A stretch of DNA of 64,000 nt. Origin: Alphaproteobacteria bacterium. GTDB taxonomy: Bacteria; Pseudomonadota; Alphaproteobacteria; UBA828. The position numbers and the translations under genes were made by a program. Under the pieces are notes generated by a model, which made no database searches, had not been told where the DNA came from, and saw only the letters and a list, made by a program, of their open reading frames with translations. Below are positions 28,489 through 37,454 of the stretch, one piece after another. Location of the stretch: NCBI GenBank assembly GCA_965220745.1, contig CBDCQT010000012.1, positions 480,001-544,000 on the forward strand. The letters run 5' to 3'. Every line of letters starts with the position of its first letter. The stretch's first letter is position 1.

Positions 28489-29586
28489 ATGTGGAAATGG
28501 ATTACCGGTGCTGTCGCGGCGGTCGCGATCAGCGCGCTCGCCGCCACCGGGGCACAGGCGGCATTCAAGCTGGAGGGCGAGCCCAAGGTCGCGATGCTCC
28601 AGCTCGCCACCGTCAACGACGGCGGCTGGTCCGAGGCGCTCGAGTACGCGCGGGTCAAGACCGAAGAGGCGTTGGGCATCGAGATCGCCTATACCGAGAA
28701 CGTGCCCGAGGATAACTCGGAGATTCTCAGGACCATCGACCTCTATGTGAACCGGGGCCACAACATCATCATCGGCACCTCGTGGGGCTACGGCGACGCC
28801 TTCCTCGAAGCCGCCACCAAGTACCCCAACGTGGCCTTCGTGAACTGCGCCGGCGAGACCAACAACTCGGTGAACCTGGAGAGCTTCTATGCCCGCAGCT
28901 ATCAGGGCTGGTATCTCGCCGGGATCGTCGCCGGCCATCTGACGCAGTCCAAGAAGGTCGGCACCATCGGCGGTTATCCGCTGGGCGTGGTGAACTGGGA
29001 CCTCAACGCCTTCCTGCGCGGCGCGCAGTCGGTGGATTCCGAAATCGAGATGGTCGGCGTCTTCGTCAACACCTGGTACGACCCGGTGAAGGAGACGCAG
29101 GCGGCAGAGGCCCTGCTGGAGCAGGGCGTCGACGTGCTGGGTTCCAACATGAGCACGCCCGGCCCGCATCTCGCCTTCCAGGAGCAAGGCAAGTGGTCGG
29201 TCGGCTTCCAGGTCGACGTGTCGGACCAGGCGCCGGATGCGGTGGCGACCTCGATGATCTACAAGTGGGAGGCCTATTTCATCCCGACGATCTCTGCGAT
29301 CATCGACGGCACCTGGGAGCCTGCTGAGTGGGGCTGGTGGGAAGGAATCGATACCGGTCTCTTCGACGTCGATCCCATCGCGGACTGGGTACCGGCGGCG
29401 GCGGTGGCGGACGTCGGTGCGGCGCGCGCGGCGATGGTCGCGGGCACGCTCGATCCGTTCCAGGGGCCGCTCCATCGCCAGGACGGCTCGCTGGCAGTGC
29501 CCGAGGGCGAAGTCCTCTCCGACGACAATCTGTGGGGGATGAACTACTTCATCCAGGGCGCCATCGGCACCATGCCCGCGGAGTAA
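28489..29586 (+). CDS. BMP-family ABC transporter substrate-binding protein
   Basis: Signal peptide; DGGW, YTENVPE, GTSWGY, WYDPVKE; GGGAGG RBS. Confidence 0.9.
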   Translation: MWKWITGAVAAVAISALAATGAQAAFKLEGEPKVAMLQLATVNDGGWSEALEYARVKTEEALGIEIAYTENVPEDNSEILRTIDLYVNRGHNIIIGTSWGYGDAFLEAATKYPNVAFVNCAGETNNSVNLESFYARSYQGWYLAGIVAGHLTQSKKVGTIGGYPLGVVNWDLNAFLRGAQSVDSEIEMVGVFVNTWYDPVKETQAAEALLEQGVDVLGSNMSTPGPHLAFQEQGKWSVGFQVDVSDQAPDAVATSMIYKWEAYFIPTISAIIDGTWEPAEWGWWEGIDTGLFDVDPIADWVPAAAVADVGAARAAMVAGTLDPFQGPLHRQDGSLAVPEGEVLSDDNLWGMNYFIQGAIGTMPAE

Positions 29587-29632
29587 ACCCACCGGGCCGG
29601 TTACGGCCCGCACATAGCGCCGGCGTGACAGG

Positions 29633-31132
29633 GTGAGTCACGCCCTGGAAATCGCCGGCGCTAGCAAGGCGTTCGACGGCCGCCCGGCGCTCAGGCGGGC
29701 GTCGTTCGCCTGCGACTGGGGCGAGGTCCACGCCCTGCTCGGAGAGAACGGAGCCGGCAAGTCGACGCTGATGAACGTCGCCTGCGGGCTCTATGCCCCG
29801 GACGAGGGGTTGATCGCGGTCGACGGACTGCCGGCCGCGATTACCGCGCCGGCCGACGCCGCCAGGCTCGGCATCGGCATGGTCCACCAGCACTACAAGC
29901 TGGTGAAGCGCTTCACCATTGCCGAGAACATCGTGCTCGCCTGCCGCAGCGCGCTCGGCGTGCGCCGTCCGCGGGACGCGGCCGAGGCGGTGGCGGCCAA
30001 GGCGGCGGAGGTCGGTTTCGACATCGACCCCGATGCCGTCGTCGGCGACCTTTCCATCGCCGAGCAGCAGCGCGTCGAAATCCTCAAGGTGCTGCTGCTG
30101 GGCGCTCGGATTCTCATCCTCGACGAGCCCACGTCGGTGCTGACCGATCAGGAGTCTGTCGCGGCCCTCACCTTCATGCGCCGCCTCGCCGAGGACGGCC
30201 ACGCGGTCGTTCTCATTACCCACAAGCTGCGCGAGGTGATCGGCTATTCGTCGCGGGTGACGGTGATGCGCGGCGGCGAAACGGTGCTCGCCGGCGCCGA
30301 GACGGCGGGCCTGGACGCCGAGACGCTCGCCCGGACCATGGTGGGCGAGGAGGGCGAGACGGCAGAACGCCACGCCCGGCAGCTCGGCGAGGTTCGGCTC
30401 CGGGTCGAGGATCTCAGCGTGCGCGGCGCAGGCGGCATCGGCGTAGACGGTGTCGGCTTCGCCGTGCGCGGCGGGGAGATCTATGGGATCGCCGGCGTCG
30501 GCGGCAACGGGCAGCAGGAGCTCGCCGACGCGCTGACCGGGCTGCGCCCGCCCACCCGTGGCCGCATCGCGATCGATGACGACGAGATCGCGGGCAGGGA
30601 TGTCCCCGCCTTCCGCCGTCGTGGGATGCGCGCCGTGCCCGCCGACCGTTTCCGCACCGGCCTCCTGGCGGAGCTCGCGGTCTACGAGAACCACGGCGTG
30701 ACGGGCGTGCCGGCGGGCGAGTACGGCAACCCGGCACTGGTTCGTCGCGGCGCCATGAAAGCGGCGGCAGCGGGTGCCATCGAGGCCTACAACATCCAGG
30801 GTGCGGCGCCCGCCACGCTCTCCAGGCTGCTTTCCGGCGGCAACGCCCAGAAGCTCCTGCTCGCACGTGAGCTCCGGGGTGAGGCCAGCGTGCTGGTCGC
30901 CCACTCTCCCACCCGCGGCCTCGACGTGAGCGCCTGCCGCACCGTCCACGACCTGCTACAGGGCGCGGCAGACGCAGGCACCGCCTGCGTCCTGATCAGC
31001 GAGGACCTGGAGGAGGTGCTTGCGCTGTCGACCACCATCGCCGTGATCAGCCGGGGCAGGCTGGTCGGCGAGTTCGGCGCAGGCGAGGTGAGCCGCGCCG
31101 AAATCGGCCGCCTGATGCTGGGCCACGCATGA
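29633..31132 (+). CDS. ABC transporter ATP-binding protein (tandem ATPase, nucleoside/sugar type)
   Basis: GENGAGKS, GMVHQH, LDEPT, LSGGNAQK. Confidence 0.94.
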   Translation: MSHALEIAGASKAFDGRPALRRASFACDWGEVHALLGENGAGKSTLMNVACGLYAPDEGLIAVDGLPAAITAPADAARLGIGMVHQHYKLVKRFTIAENIVLACRSALGVRRPRDAAEAVAAKAAEVGFDIDPDAVVGDLSIAEQQRVEILKVLLLGARILILDEPTSVLTDQESVAALTFMRRLAEDGHAVVLITHKLREVIGYSSRVTVMRGGETVLAGAETAGLDAETLARTMVGEEGETAERHARQLGEVRLRVEDLSVRGAGGIGVDGVGFAVRGGEIYGIAGVGGNGQQELADALTGLRPPTRGRIAIDDDEIAGRDVPAFRRRGMRAVPADRFRTGLLAELAVYENHGVTGVPAGEYGNPALVRRGAMKAAAAGAIEAYNIQGAAPATLSRLLSGGNAQKLLLARELRGEASVLVAHSPTRGLDVSACRTVHDLLQGAADAGTACVLISEDLEEVLALSTTIAVISRGRLVGEFGAGEVSRAEIGRLMLGHA

Positions 31133-32214
31133 TGCTCAGCCTCAGCCCGATCTACCTCGTGCCCCGCCAGCAGGCGCCGCTCTGGATGCGGGCGGCGACG
31201 TTCGTCGGCGGCATCGCGCTCGGCCTGCTCATCGCCTTCGGCATCCTCATCGCCTACGGCGTCTCCGCCGGGCAGATCATCAACGAGTTCATCGTCTACG
31301 TGTTCCTCGACCTGAACGGCCTCGCCCAGGTCGTGACCGCGTCTACGCCGTTGGTGCTCGTCGGCCTCGCGGCGGCGGCGGCGCTCAAGCTCAGGTTCTG
31401 GAACATCGGTGTCGAGGGCCAGATGTGGCTGGGCTGCATCGCCGCGACCGGCGTCGCCCTCTTCGACATCGGCCCCGATTTCTTCCGCCTGCCGCTCATG
31501 TTCATCGCCGCCGCCGTCGCCGGCGCCTGCTGGATCGGCATTCCCGCCTTCCTCAAGCTCCGCTTCCGGGTCAACGAGATCATCACCTCGCTGCTACTGA
31601 CCTACGTCGCCTATCAGCTGGTCCAGCATCTGCTGTTCGGCCCGTGGCATGACCCCGGCAGCGCCTTTCCCAACTCCCGGCACTATGACGAGGGGATCGA
31701 GCGTCTGGCGCGGCTCGGCTGGGGCTCCTCCCACACCGGCATCTGGATCGCTTTGGGTTGCGGTGCCCTGCTCTGGTTCACCATGGCCCGCTCCAGGCTC
31801 GGCTTCTACATGGACGCGATCGGCGCCAATGTGGAGGCGGCGCGGGCGGCGGGCATCCCGGTCGTGCTGACCACCGCATTCGCCGCCGCCATGTCGGGCG
31901 GGCTCGCGGGCATCGCCGGCGCGGGGCTCGCCGCCGGGCAGGAATACCGCATGACGCTCTTCATCGCCGGCGGCTACACCTTCAGCGGCATCGTCATCGC
32001 CTTTATCGGGCGCTTCCGGCCGGTCCCCGTCATCGTCACGGCGTTCGTGGTGGGCGGCGTCTACACCGCAGGCGACACCCTCAAGGTGTTCTATCAACTG
32101 CCCGCCGCGATCACGACGCTGATCGAGGCGGTGATCCTCTTCACCTTCGTCGTCGTCGAGTTCTTCAGCCGCTACCGGCTCAGCTGGGGCGTGCGGGAGC
32201 GGGAGCACGCCTGA
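31129..32214 (+). CDS. ABC transporter permease 1
   Basis: WNIGVEGQ, VNEIITSLLL, multiple TM segments. Confidence 0.92.
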   Translation: MMLSLSPIYLVPRQQAPLWMRAATFVGGIALGLLIAFGILIAYGVSAGQIINEFIVYVFLDLNGLAQVVTASTPLVLVGLAAAAALKLRFWNIGVEGQMWLGCIAATGVALFDIGPDFFRLPLMFIAAAVAGACWIGIPAFLKLRFRVNEIITSLLLTYVAYQLVQHLLFGPWHDPGSAFPNSRHYDEGIERLARLGWGSSHTGIWIALGCGALLWFTMARSRLGFYMDAIGANVEAARAAGIPVVLTTAFAAAMSGGLAGIAGAGLAAGQEYRMTLFIAGGYTFSGIVIAFIGRFRPVPVIVTAFVVGGVYTAGDTLKVFYQLPAAITTLIEAVILFTFVVVEFFSRYRLSWGVREREHA

Positions 32215-33143
32215 TGGCGGCCGATTTCGTCCAGAACTGGCTCGCCACCACGCCGGGCTTCGCCACGCCCTACCTGCTCGCGGCACTCGGCCTGATCATC
32301 AACGAGCGCGCCGGCGTCCTCAATCTCGGCTGCGAGGGCATGATGCTGGTGGGCGCGATGGTGGGCGCGGTCGTGAGCTTCAACACCGGGCTCGCCGGCG
32401 CCGGCGTGCCGGTCGCCATGCTGGCGGGCGCCCTGGTGGGTCTCGTCTTCGGCATCGCCGTCGTGGTCTTTCGCACCGATCAGGTGCTGACCGGGCTCAT
32501 CATCGTCGCCCTCGGCGACGGGCTGACCGGGGTCGTCGGCCGGCCCTACATGTTCGAGAAGGTGGCGGGCTTCCGCGACCTCGATCTCGGCGTGCTCAGC
32601 GACATCCCGTGGATCGGACCGATCGTCTTCCAGCAGGACATCCTGGTCTACGCCGCTGCGGCGCTTGCCATCGCAGTATGGTGGGGCCTCGACCGTTCGG
32701 ACGCGGGGCTCAGGCTGCGCGCCGTCGGCGAGGACCCCGCGACGGCCGATGTCGCCGGCGTCAACGTCCAGCTCTTCCGTATTGCCGCCGTGATGCTGGG
32801 GGGCGCGCTCTGCGGAATCGCCGGCGCCTACCTGTCGCTCGCCTCCAGCTTCGTCTGGACCGAGCACATGGTCGCCGGACGCGGCTGGATCGTCATTGCG
32901 CTCGTCATCTTCTCCGGCTGGCGGCCGGGGCGCGCGGTGATTGGGGCGCTCATCTTCGGCGGCGCCGAAGCGTTGATCCCGCGCGTCCAGGCGATCGGCC
33001 TGGACGTGCCGATCTATATCGTCGGCATGCTCCCCTACGTGCTGACGCTCGCGGTGCTGATCGTGCCCACGATCCTGCGCGGCGAGCGCTCGCCTGCGCC
33101 GAGCGGGCTTCTGCTCAACTACCTGCGCCAGGATCGGCGTTAG
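32214..33143 (+). CDS. ABC transporter permease 2
   Basis: ERAGVLNLGCEG, RAVGEDP, GRGWI, MLPY; ATG overlaps the previous stop. Confidence 0.92.
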   Translation: MAADFVQNWLATTPGFATPYLLAALGLIINERAGVLNLGCEGMMLVGAMVGAVVSFNTGLAGAGVPVAMLAGALVGLVFGIAVVVFRTDQVLTGLIIVALGDGLTGVVGRPYMFEKVAGFRDLDLGVLSDIPWIGPIVFQQDILVYAAAALAIAVWWGLDRSDAGLRLRAVGEDPATADVAGVNVQLFRIAAVMLGGALCGIAGAYLSLASSFVWTEHMVAGRGWIVIALVIFSGWRPGRAVIGALIFGGAEALIPRVQAIGLDVPIYIVGMLPYVLTLAVLIVPTILRGERSPAPSGLLLNYLRQDRR

Positions 33144-33189
33144 CATGCAACGGCGGTAATCGACATCGACATCGAATGGGAGGCTAGAC

Positions 33190-33801
33190 ATGTCCGGCTT
33201 GGCAACGGTGCGCGAGACCCACGAAGTGGCGGCGCGCACGGGAAAATCGTTCGAGGTGGCAACCGGAGACCTCATCCGGATCACGGATTTGGAAGGCTCG
33301 CAGCCGGTGGATTTCTGGGCCTTCAGCAAGGAGGACCATCTGGAGTTTCTCTCCTGCGAACACACCAAGCCCTCGATCGAGAAGCTGTTTCCGCACGTCG
33401 GGGACTCGGCCTACACCAACCGGCGCCAGAAGATCGTCACGGTCGTGGACGACACCTCGCCCGGCCAGCACGACATGCAGTACGCCGCGTGCGATCCCAC
33501 GCGCTATGCGGAGCTGGGCGTCGAGGGTTATCACGAGAGCTGCCAGGAGAACCTTCACCTGGCGCTCGACGGCTACGGCATCGTGCTCGACTTCACGCCG
33601 CAGCCCTGGAACCTGTTCACCAACTTCTTCATCAACCCGGACGGCACCTTCACCATCAAGGCGCCGGAGTCGAAGGCCGGCGACCACATCGTGCTGCGGG
33701 CCGAGATGGACGCCACCATCGTCGTCTCGGCCTGCCCCCAGGATCAGAACCCCACCTGCGGCGGCCAGCCCACCGATATCCGGGTCGAGGTCGGCCGCTG
33801 A
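33190..33801 (+). CDS. DUF1989 / urea carboxylase-associated family protein
   Basis: GSQPVDFWAF, HDMQYAAC, HESCQEN, VSACPQDQNPTCG. Confidence 0.88.
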   Translation: MSGLATVRETHEVAARTGKSFEVATGDLIRITDLEGSQPVDFWAFSKEDHLEFLSCEHTKPSIEKLFPHVGDSAYTNRRQKIVTVVDDTSPGQHDMQYAACDPTRYAELGVEGYHESCQENLHLALDGYGIVLDFTPQPWNLFTNFFINPDGTFTIKAPESKAGDHIVLRAEMDATIVVSACPQDQNPTCGGQPTDIRVEVGR

Positions 33802-33922
33802 GCCGGCGCCCGAGTCGCCCGCGCCCGGAGGGTCGTGCGCGGCAGGCAGGGTCGCGGGCGCGCAATCAAGAGTCTCGCCCGCGCCTCCCGCACCTTTTCC
33901 CCGGCGCGGTGGAACAAAACCA

Positions 33923-33968
33923 CTTTTAAATTTGCGGGATGCGCTGGGATTAGGCGGGATAGGTGGGA
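33923..33968. repeat. AT tract followed by 10-bp-period GGGAT units
   Basis: CTTTTAAATTT then GGGAT ending at 33940, 33950 and 33960, and GGGA at 33965. Confidence 0.55.
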
Positions 33969-34061
33969 GATGCCGCGCACGCCCGGAGGGACGTGTGCGC
34001 GGTAGATAGGGTCGCGGGCACGGTAACAAGGTTCCGCGCGCGAAACCAAGAGTCGCGCACA

Positions 34062-34195
34062 CCCATCCATCTTGCTTGCCATGACCCGCTCGCTCTCGCG
34101 CTGCGTCGCGCGGCTGCACGCGCGGGAATGTGATTGACGCATGGCGCAATCCTGACGCAGGCCCCGCGCCCTGTGCACCGCATCATGGTCCGGGG
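34062..34195. repeat. 134-bp repeat family R3, copy 2
   Basis: Ungapped match to 18263-18396. Confidence 0.88.
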
Positions 34196-34211
34196 GTCTG
34201 GTTCCCCACAT

Positions 34212-34305
34212 CGTCATGCCCGGACTTGATCCGGGCATCTCTCTCGCGCAACGCACTGTAAGGAAAAGAAAAACGTGGATGGCCGGGTCAAGCCCGGCCA
34301 TGACG
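34212..34305. repeat. Inverted pair of CGTC-type REPs (R2)
   Basis: CGTCATGCCCGGACTTGATCCGGGCATC, spacer, GGATGGCCGGGTCAAGCCCGGCCATGACG. Confidence 0.9.
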
Positions 34306-34334
34306 AGGTGGGTGGGTTCGCGCCCTTCTCCCGC

Positions 34335-34652
34335 TTAAAAGTCGGGATCGATGCTGTACTTGATCGATAGCGACTGGGGTTTGTCTATATCGGTGGCGAG
34401 CGCTGTCAGCGCGTGACCCTGGATAAAGCCCTGCGCGACGCCCAGGAATCGTGGTTCGGCACCGCTATCCTCGTATAAGCGGATGTGAGCCATGCCCGAA
34501 TCGCAAGTGGTGCTGGCTTCGATGGTTAGCATTCCCATCGCGTTCTGCCACCGCCAGTCCTCGATCTCGCAGGTCCCGACGTGATCGTCGCAGGCAAGAG
34601 CCGAGCCCATGCACAGCGGGATGACAGCAAGCGACAATAGAGCGAACCGCAT
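34335..34652 (-). CDS. Small secreted hypothetical protein (105 aa)
   Basis: Signal peptide ending SALA, Cys residues, beta-rich pattern; purine-rich RBS; directly downstream of the CoA transferase. Confidence 0.75.
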   Translation of the reverse strand: MRFALLSLAVIPLCMGSALACDDHVGTCEIEDWRWQNAMGMLTIEASTTCDSGMAHIRLYEDSGAEPRFLGVAQGFIQGHALTALATDIDKPQSLSIKYSIDPDF

Positions 34653-34667
34653 TCCTCTCTCCTCCAA

Positions 34668-35828
34668 TCAGTTGTCATCGGACCCAGCGCCAAACTCCCC
34701 CCGTATCAACTCACTCTGCTCACCCAGGGCCGGGACGGGGCGGAGGGGGCGGTCGGCGTCCGCGCCGTCGCCGTGGCGGGCGGGGGGTGCGACGATCTCG
34801 ACCGTGCCGGCGGCCGTCTCCACCGGCGCACGCCGAAGCTGTGGGTGCTGGGACAAGCCCGCGACATCGTTGAGGCGGCCGAAGGCGATGCCCGCATCCC
34901 GCAGGGCCGCCGCCAGCGATTCCATGTCGTGGCGGCCGAAGACCGCGACGATCAGCGCGTCCATCTCCGGCTTGTTCTGGAGCCGGGCCGGGTGGCCGGC
35001 GAAGCGCGCATCGGTGGCGAGTGTCGCATCGCCCAGGATGTGCGCGCAGAAGCGCGCCCACTCGCGCTCGTTCTGGATCGCGATCACCATCTGCCCGCCG
35101 CAGCCCACGGGATAGGCGCCGTAGGGCGCGATCATGGCGTGGCTGAGGCCGGTGCGCGCCGGCGCCTTGCCGCCGTGCTCCAAGTGCAGGAGCGGCACGG
35201 TCATCCAGTCCGCCATGCCGTCGAAGAGCGAGACCCTGATGCCGGTGCCCCGGCCGGTGCGCTCGCGGCCGATCACGGCTTCGAGGATCGCGCCGTAGGC
35301 GTTGAGCCCCGCCCCGATGTCGCAGACGGATACCCCGACCCGGCTCGCGGATTCAGGGGTGCCGGTCACCGACGCGATCCCCGATTCGCACTGGATGAGG
35401 AAGTCGTAGGCCTTCATCGCGGCGTAGGGGCCGCTCTCGCCATAGCCGCTGATGTCGCAGGTGATGAGGCGGGGATGCCGGCGCCTGAGCTCGTCGGAGT
35501 CGAAGCCCGCCCGCGCCGCCGCGCCGGGCGCGAGGTTCTGCACGAACACGTCGGCCGTGGCGACGATGCGGTGCAGCAGGGCGTTGTCGCCCGCGTCCTT
35601 GATGTCGAGGACGATGGATTCCTTGCCCCGGTTGAGCCAGACGAACCAGGCGCATTCGCCGCCCACGTGGCGGTCGTAGAAGCGGGCGAAGTCGCCCTCC
35701 GCCCGCTCCACCTTGATGACGCGCGCGCCCGCGTCCGCGAGGCGCACGGTGGCGAAGGGCGCGGCCACGGCCTGCTCGACCGAGACCACCAGGAGACCGC
35801 TGAGCGGGCCGGTGCCTGCTTCGCTCAC
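34668..35828 (-). CDS. CaiB/BaiF family III CoA transferase
   Basis: EQAVAAPF, GARVIKVE, LNRGKES, ADVFVQN, KAYD. Confidence 0.93.
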   Translation of the reverse strand: MSEAGTGPLSGLLVVSVEQAVAAPFATVRLADAGARVIKVERAEGDFARFYDRHVGGECAWFVWLNRGKESIVLDIKDAGDNALLHRIVATADVFVQNLAPGAAARAGFDSDELRRRHPRLITCDISGYGESGPYAAMKAYDFLIQCESGIASVTGTPESASRVGVSVCDIGAGLNAYGAILEAVIGRERTGRGTGIRVSLFDGMADWMTVPLLHLEHGGKAPARTGLSHAMIAPYGAYPVGCGGQMVIAIQNEREWARFCAHILGDATLATDARFAGHPARLQNKPEMDALIVAVFGRHDMESLAAALRDAGIAFGRLNDVAGLSQHPQLRRAPVETAAGTVEIVAPPARHGDGADADRPLRPVPALGEQSELIRGEFGAGSDDN

Positions 35829-35849
35829 GACCCGCTCTTTTCCCTACTC

Positions 35850-35951
35850 CGTCATGCCCGGACCTGCCCGGACTTGATCCGGGTATCCGGGCATCCATCT
35901 CTGCCCGGCTCGTCCGAGGGTGGGCAGATTCGTGGATGGCCGGGTCAAGCC
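35850..35951. repeat. Inverted REP pair (R2); second REP interrupted by IS4 and continuing at 37211-37230
   Basis: CGTCATGCCCGGA... then GGATGGCCGGGTCAAGCC, the IS, then GGTCAAGCCCGGCCATGACG. Confidence 0.88.
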
Positions 35952-37210
35952 CATTGCTGTCCGGTTTAGCTTGGGTAGACAAGGTGCATGGCTTGGATTC
36001 AACTTGGTTTTTGCAAGACCTGTTGAATCGAAGCTCGCAATGGAGCCCAAGCCATGCCCTACCAGGATACGATTTTCGGCGGACTGATGAAGGCGTTTCC
36101 GCGCTGGCGCTTCGACAAGCTGGCAGAGCGCCACGGAGCGGACTACCGGGTCCGGCGCCTTTCGTCGTGGAGCCAGTTCCAGGCGATGGTGTTCGCCCAG
36201 CTGTCGGGCTCGCGCTCGTTGCGCGAGGCGGTCGGTGCGCTGGAACGCTTTCCGGGCGTCCATGCCCATCTGGGTCTGGCGCCGGTGCGGCGGTCTACGC
36301 TCGCGGATGCCAACCGGGTACGTCCGGCGGCCCTGTTCGAGGACGTACTCGAGGCCCTGGTCGCCCGGCTGGGCGCATCTGCGGGCCAGCGCGGGCGGGA
36401 GATGCTGCGCCTCGTCGATGCGACCCGGGTCCTGGTTGGCAAGCGGATCGAGAGCTGGGAGGTCGACGGTGCCGTCAAGCTGCACGTGGTCTACGACCCG
36501 GACGCAGATGCGCCCGTTTGCTTTGCCGTGACCTCGGCCAGGGTCAACGACATCACGCCGGCCAAGCGCCTCCCCATCGAGCCCGGCGCGACTTACGTCT
36601 TCGACAAGGGCTATTACGACTTCGCCTTCTGGGCAGACATCGACGCCAAGGGGAGCCGCTTCGTCACCCGGCTGAAGAAGAACTCGCCCACAAGCCTGAT
36701 CGAGACCCGCCCGGTCAAGCCGGACGGCCCGGTCGTGGCCGACCGCGTCGCCTTGCTGTCGAAGCGCCTGGCGGCGAGCCGCCAGAACCCCTTCGACAAG
36801 CCGGTGCGTCTGGTCACCGTGCGCATCGACAGCGGCAGGGAGATCATGCTGGTCAGCAACGACCTCAATGCCCCAGCCGAAGAGATCGCGGCGCTCTACA
36901 AGCGGCGCTGGCAGGTCGAGCTGTTCTTCAAGTGGATCAAGCAGAACCTGAAGATCCGGCACTTCCTCGGCACCAGCGAGAATGCCGTGCGCATCCAGAT
37001 CGTCACCGCGCTGATCGCCTACCTGCTGCTGCGGCTGGCGCAGATCGGAACCGGAACCCGGCTCGGCCTCCAGGCCATCGCCCGCCTCGTCGCCAAGACG
37101 ACCTTCCAGCGCCGGGCGCTCACCGACCTCTTCGAACCGCCGCCCGATGAGCCACAAACCCATGACCAACTCCAAATCCCCTTCGCCAAAATCTAAACCG
37201 GACAGCAATG
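35952..37210 (+). mobile_element. IS4-family insertion sequence, 1,259 bp
   Basis: 18-bp perfect TIRs CATTGCTGTCCGGTTTAG and CTAAACCGGACAGCAATG; 9-bp direct repeat GGTCAAGCC (35943-35951 and 37211-37219). Confidence 0.95.
36054..37196 (+). CDS. IS4-family transposase
   Basis: RSTLADAN, VDAT, VFDKGY, YKRRWQVELFFKWIKQ (YREK motif). Confidence 0.96.
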   Translation: MPYQDTIFGGLMKAFPRWRFDKLAERHGADYRVRRLSSWSQFQAMVFAQLSGSRSLREAVGALERFPGVHAHLGLAPVRRSTLADANRVRPAALFEDVLEALVARLGASAGQRGREMLRLVDATRVLVGKRIESWEVDGAVKLHVVYDPDADAPVCFAVTSARVNDITPAKRLPIEPGATYVFDKGYYDFAFWADIDAKGSRFVTRLKKNSPTSLIETRPVKPDGPVVADRVALLSKRLAASRQNPFDKPVRLVTVRIDSGREIMLVSNDLNAPAEEIAALYKRRWQVELFFKWIKQNLKIRHFLGTSENAVRIQIVTALIAYLLLRLAQIGTGTRLGLQAIARLVAKTTFQRRALTDLFEPPPDEPQTHDQLQIPFAKI

Positions 37211-37277
37211 GGTCAAGCCCGGCCATGACGAGGTGGGATTAACGTGCGAAGGCATGCGAACGGCTGTCGGGGGGCGG

Positions 37278-37454
37278 TAGAGCGTGTCCGCCTTTGACGG
37301 ACACGCGACAGGCCGCGACTGCGGCCCGCCGCTTATGCGGCGCCATCGCGCGCCCGCGCGCGTGGACGCGCGACGCGGAGGCGCCGGCCGTAAGGCCGGC
37401 TGCCGTGAGCGATAAAGAAGCCGGAGCGTTTCCGTGCAAAACGGAAACGCCCTA
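37278..37454 (+). repeat. Repeat family R1, copy C (long form)
   Basis: TAGAGCGTGTCCGCC-TTT-GACGGACACG ... GAGCGTTTCCGTGCAAAACGGAAACGCCCTA. Confidence 0.9.

Noticed and set aside
26614-29613. Long antisense ORFs (this 999-aa ORF, also 56971-59382, 58298-60469 and 10638-12359)
   Set aside because: Shadow or alternative-frame ORFs over well-supported genes, expected in high-GC DNA; no recognisable motifs.
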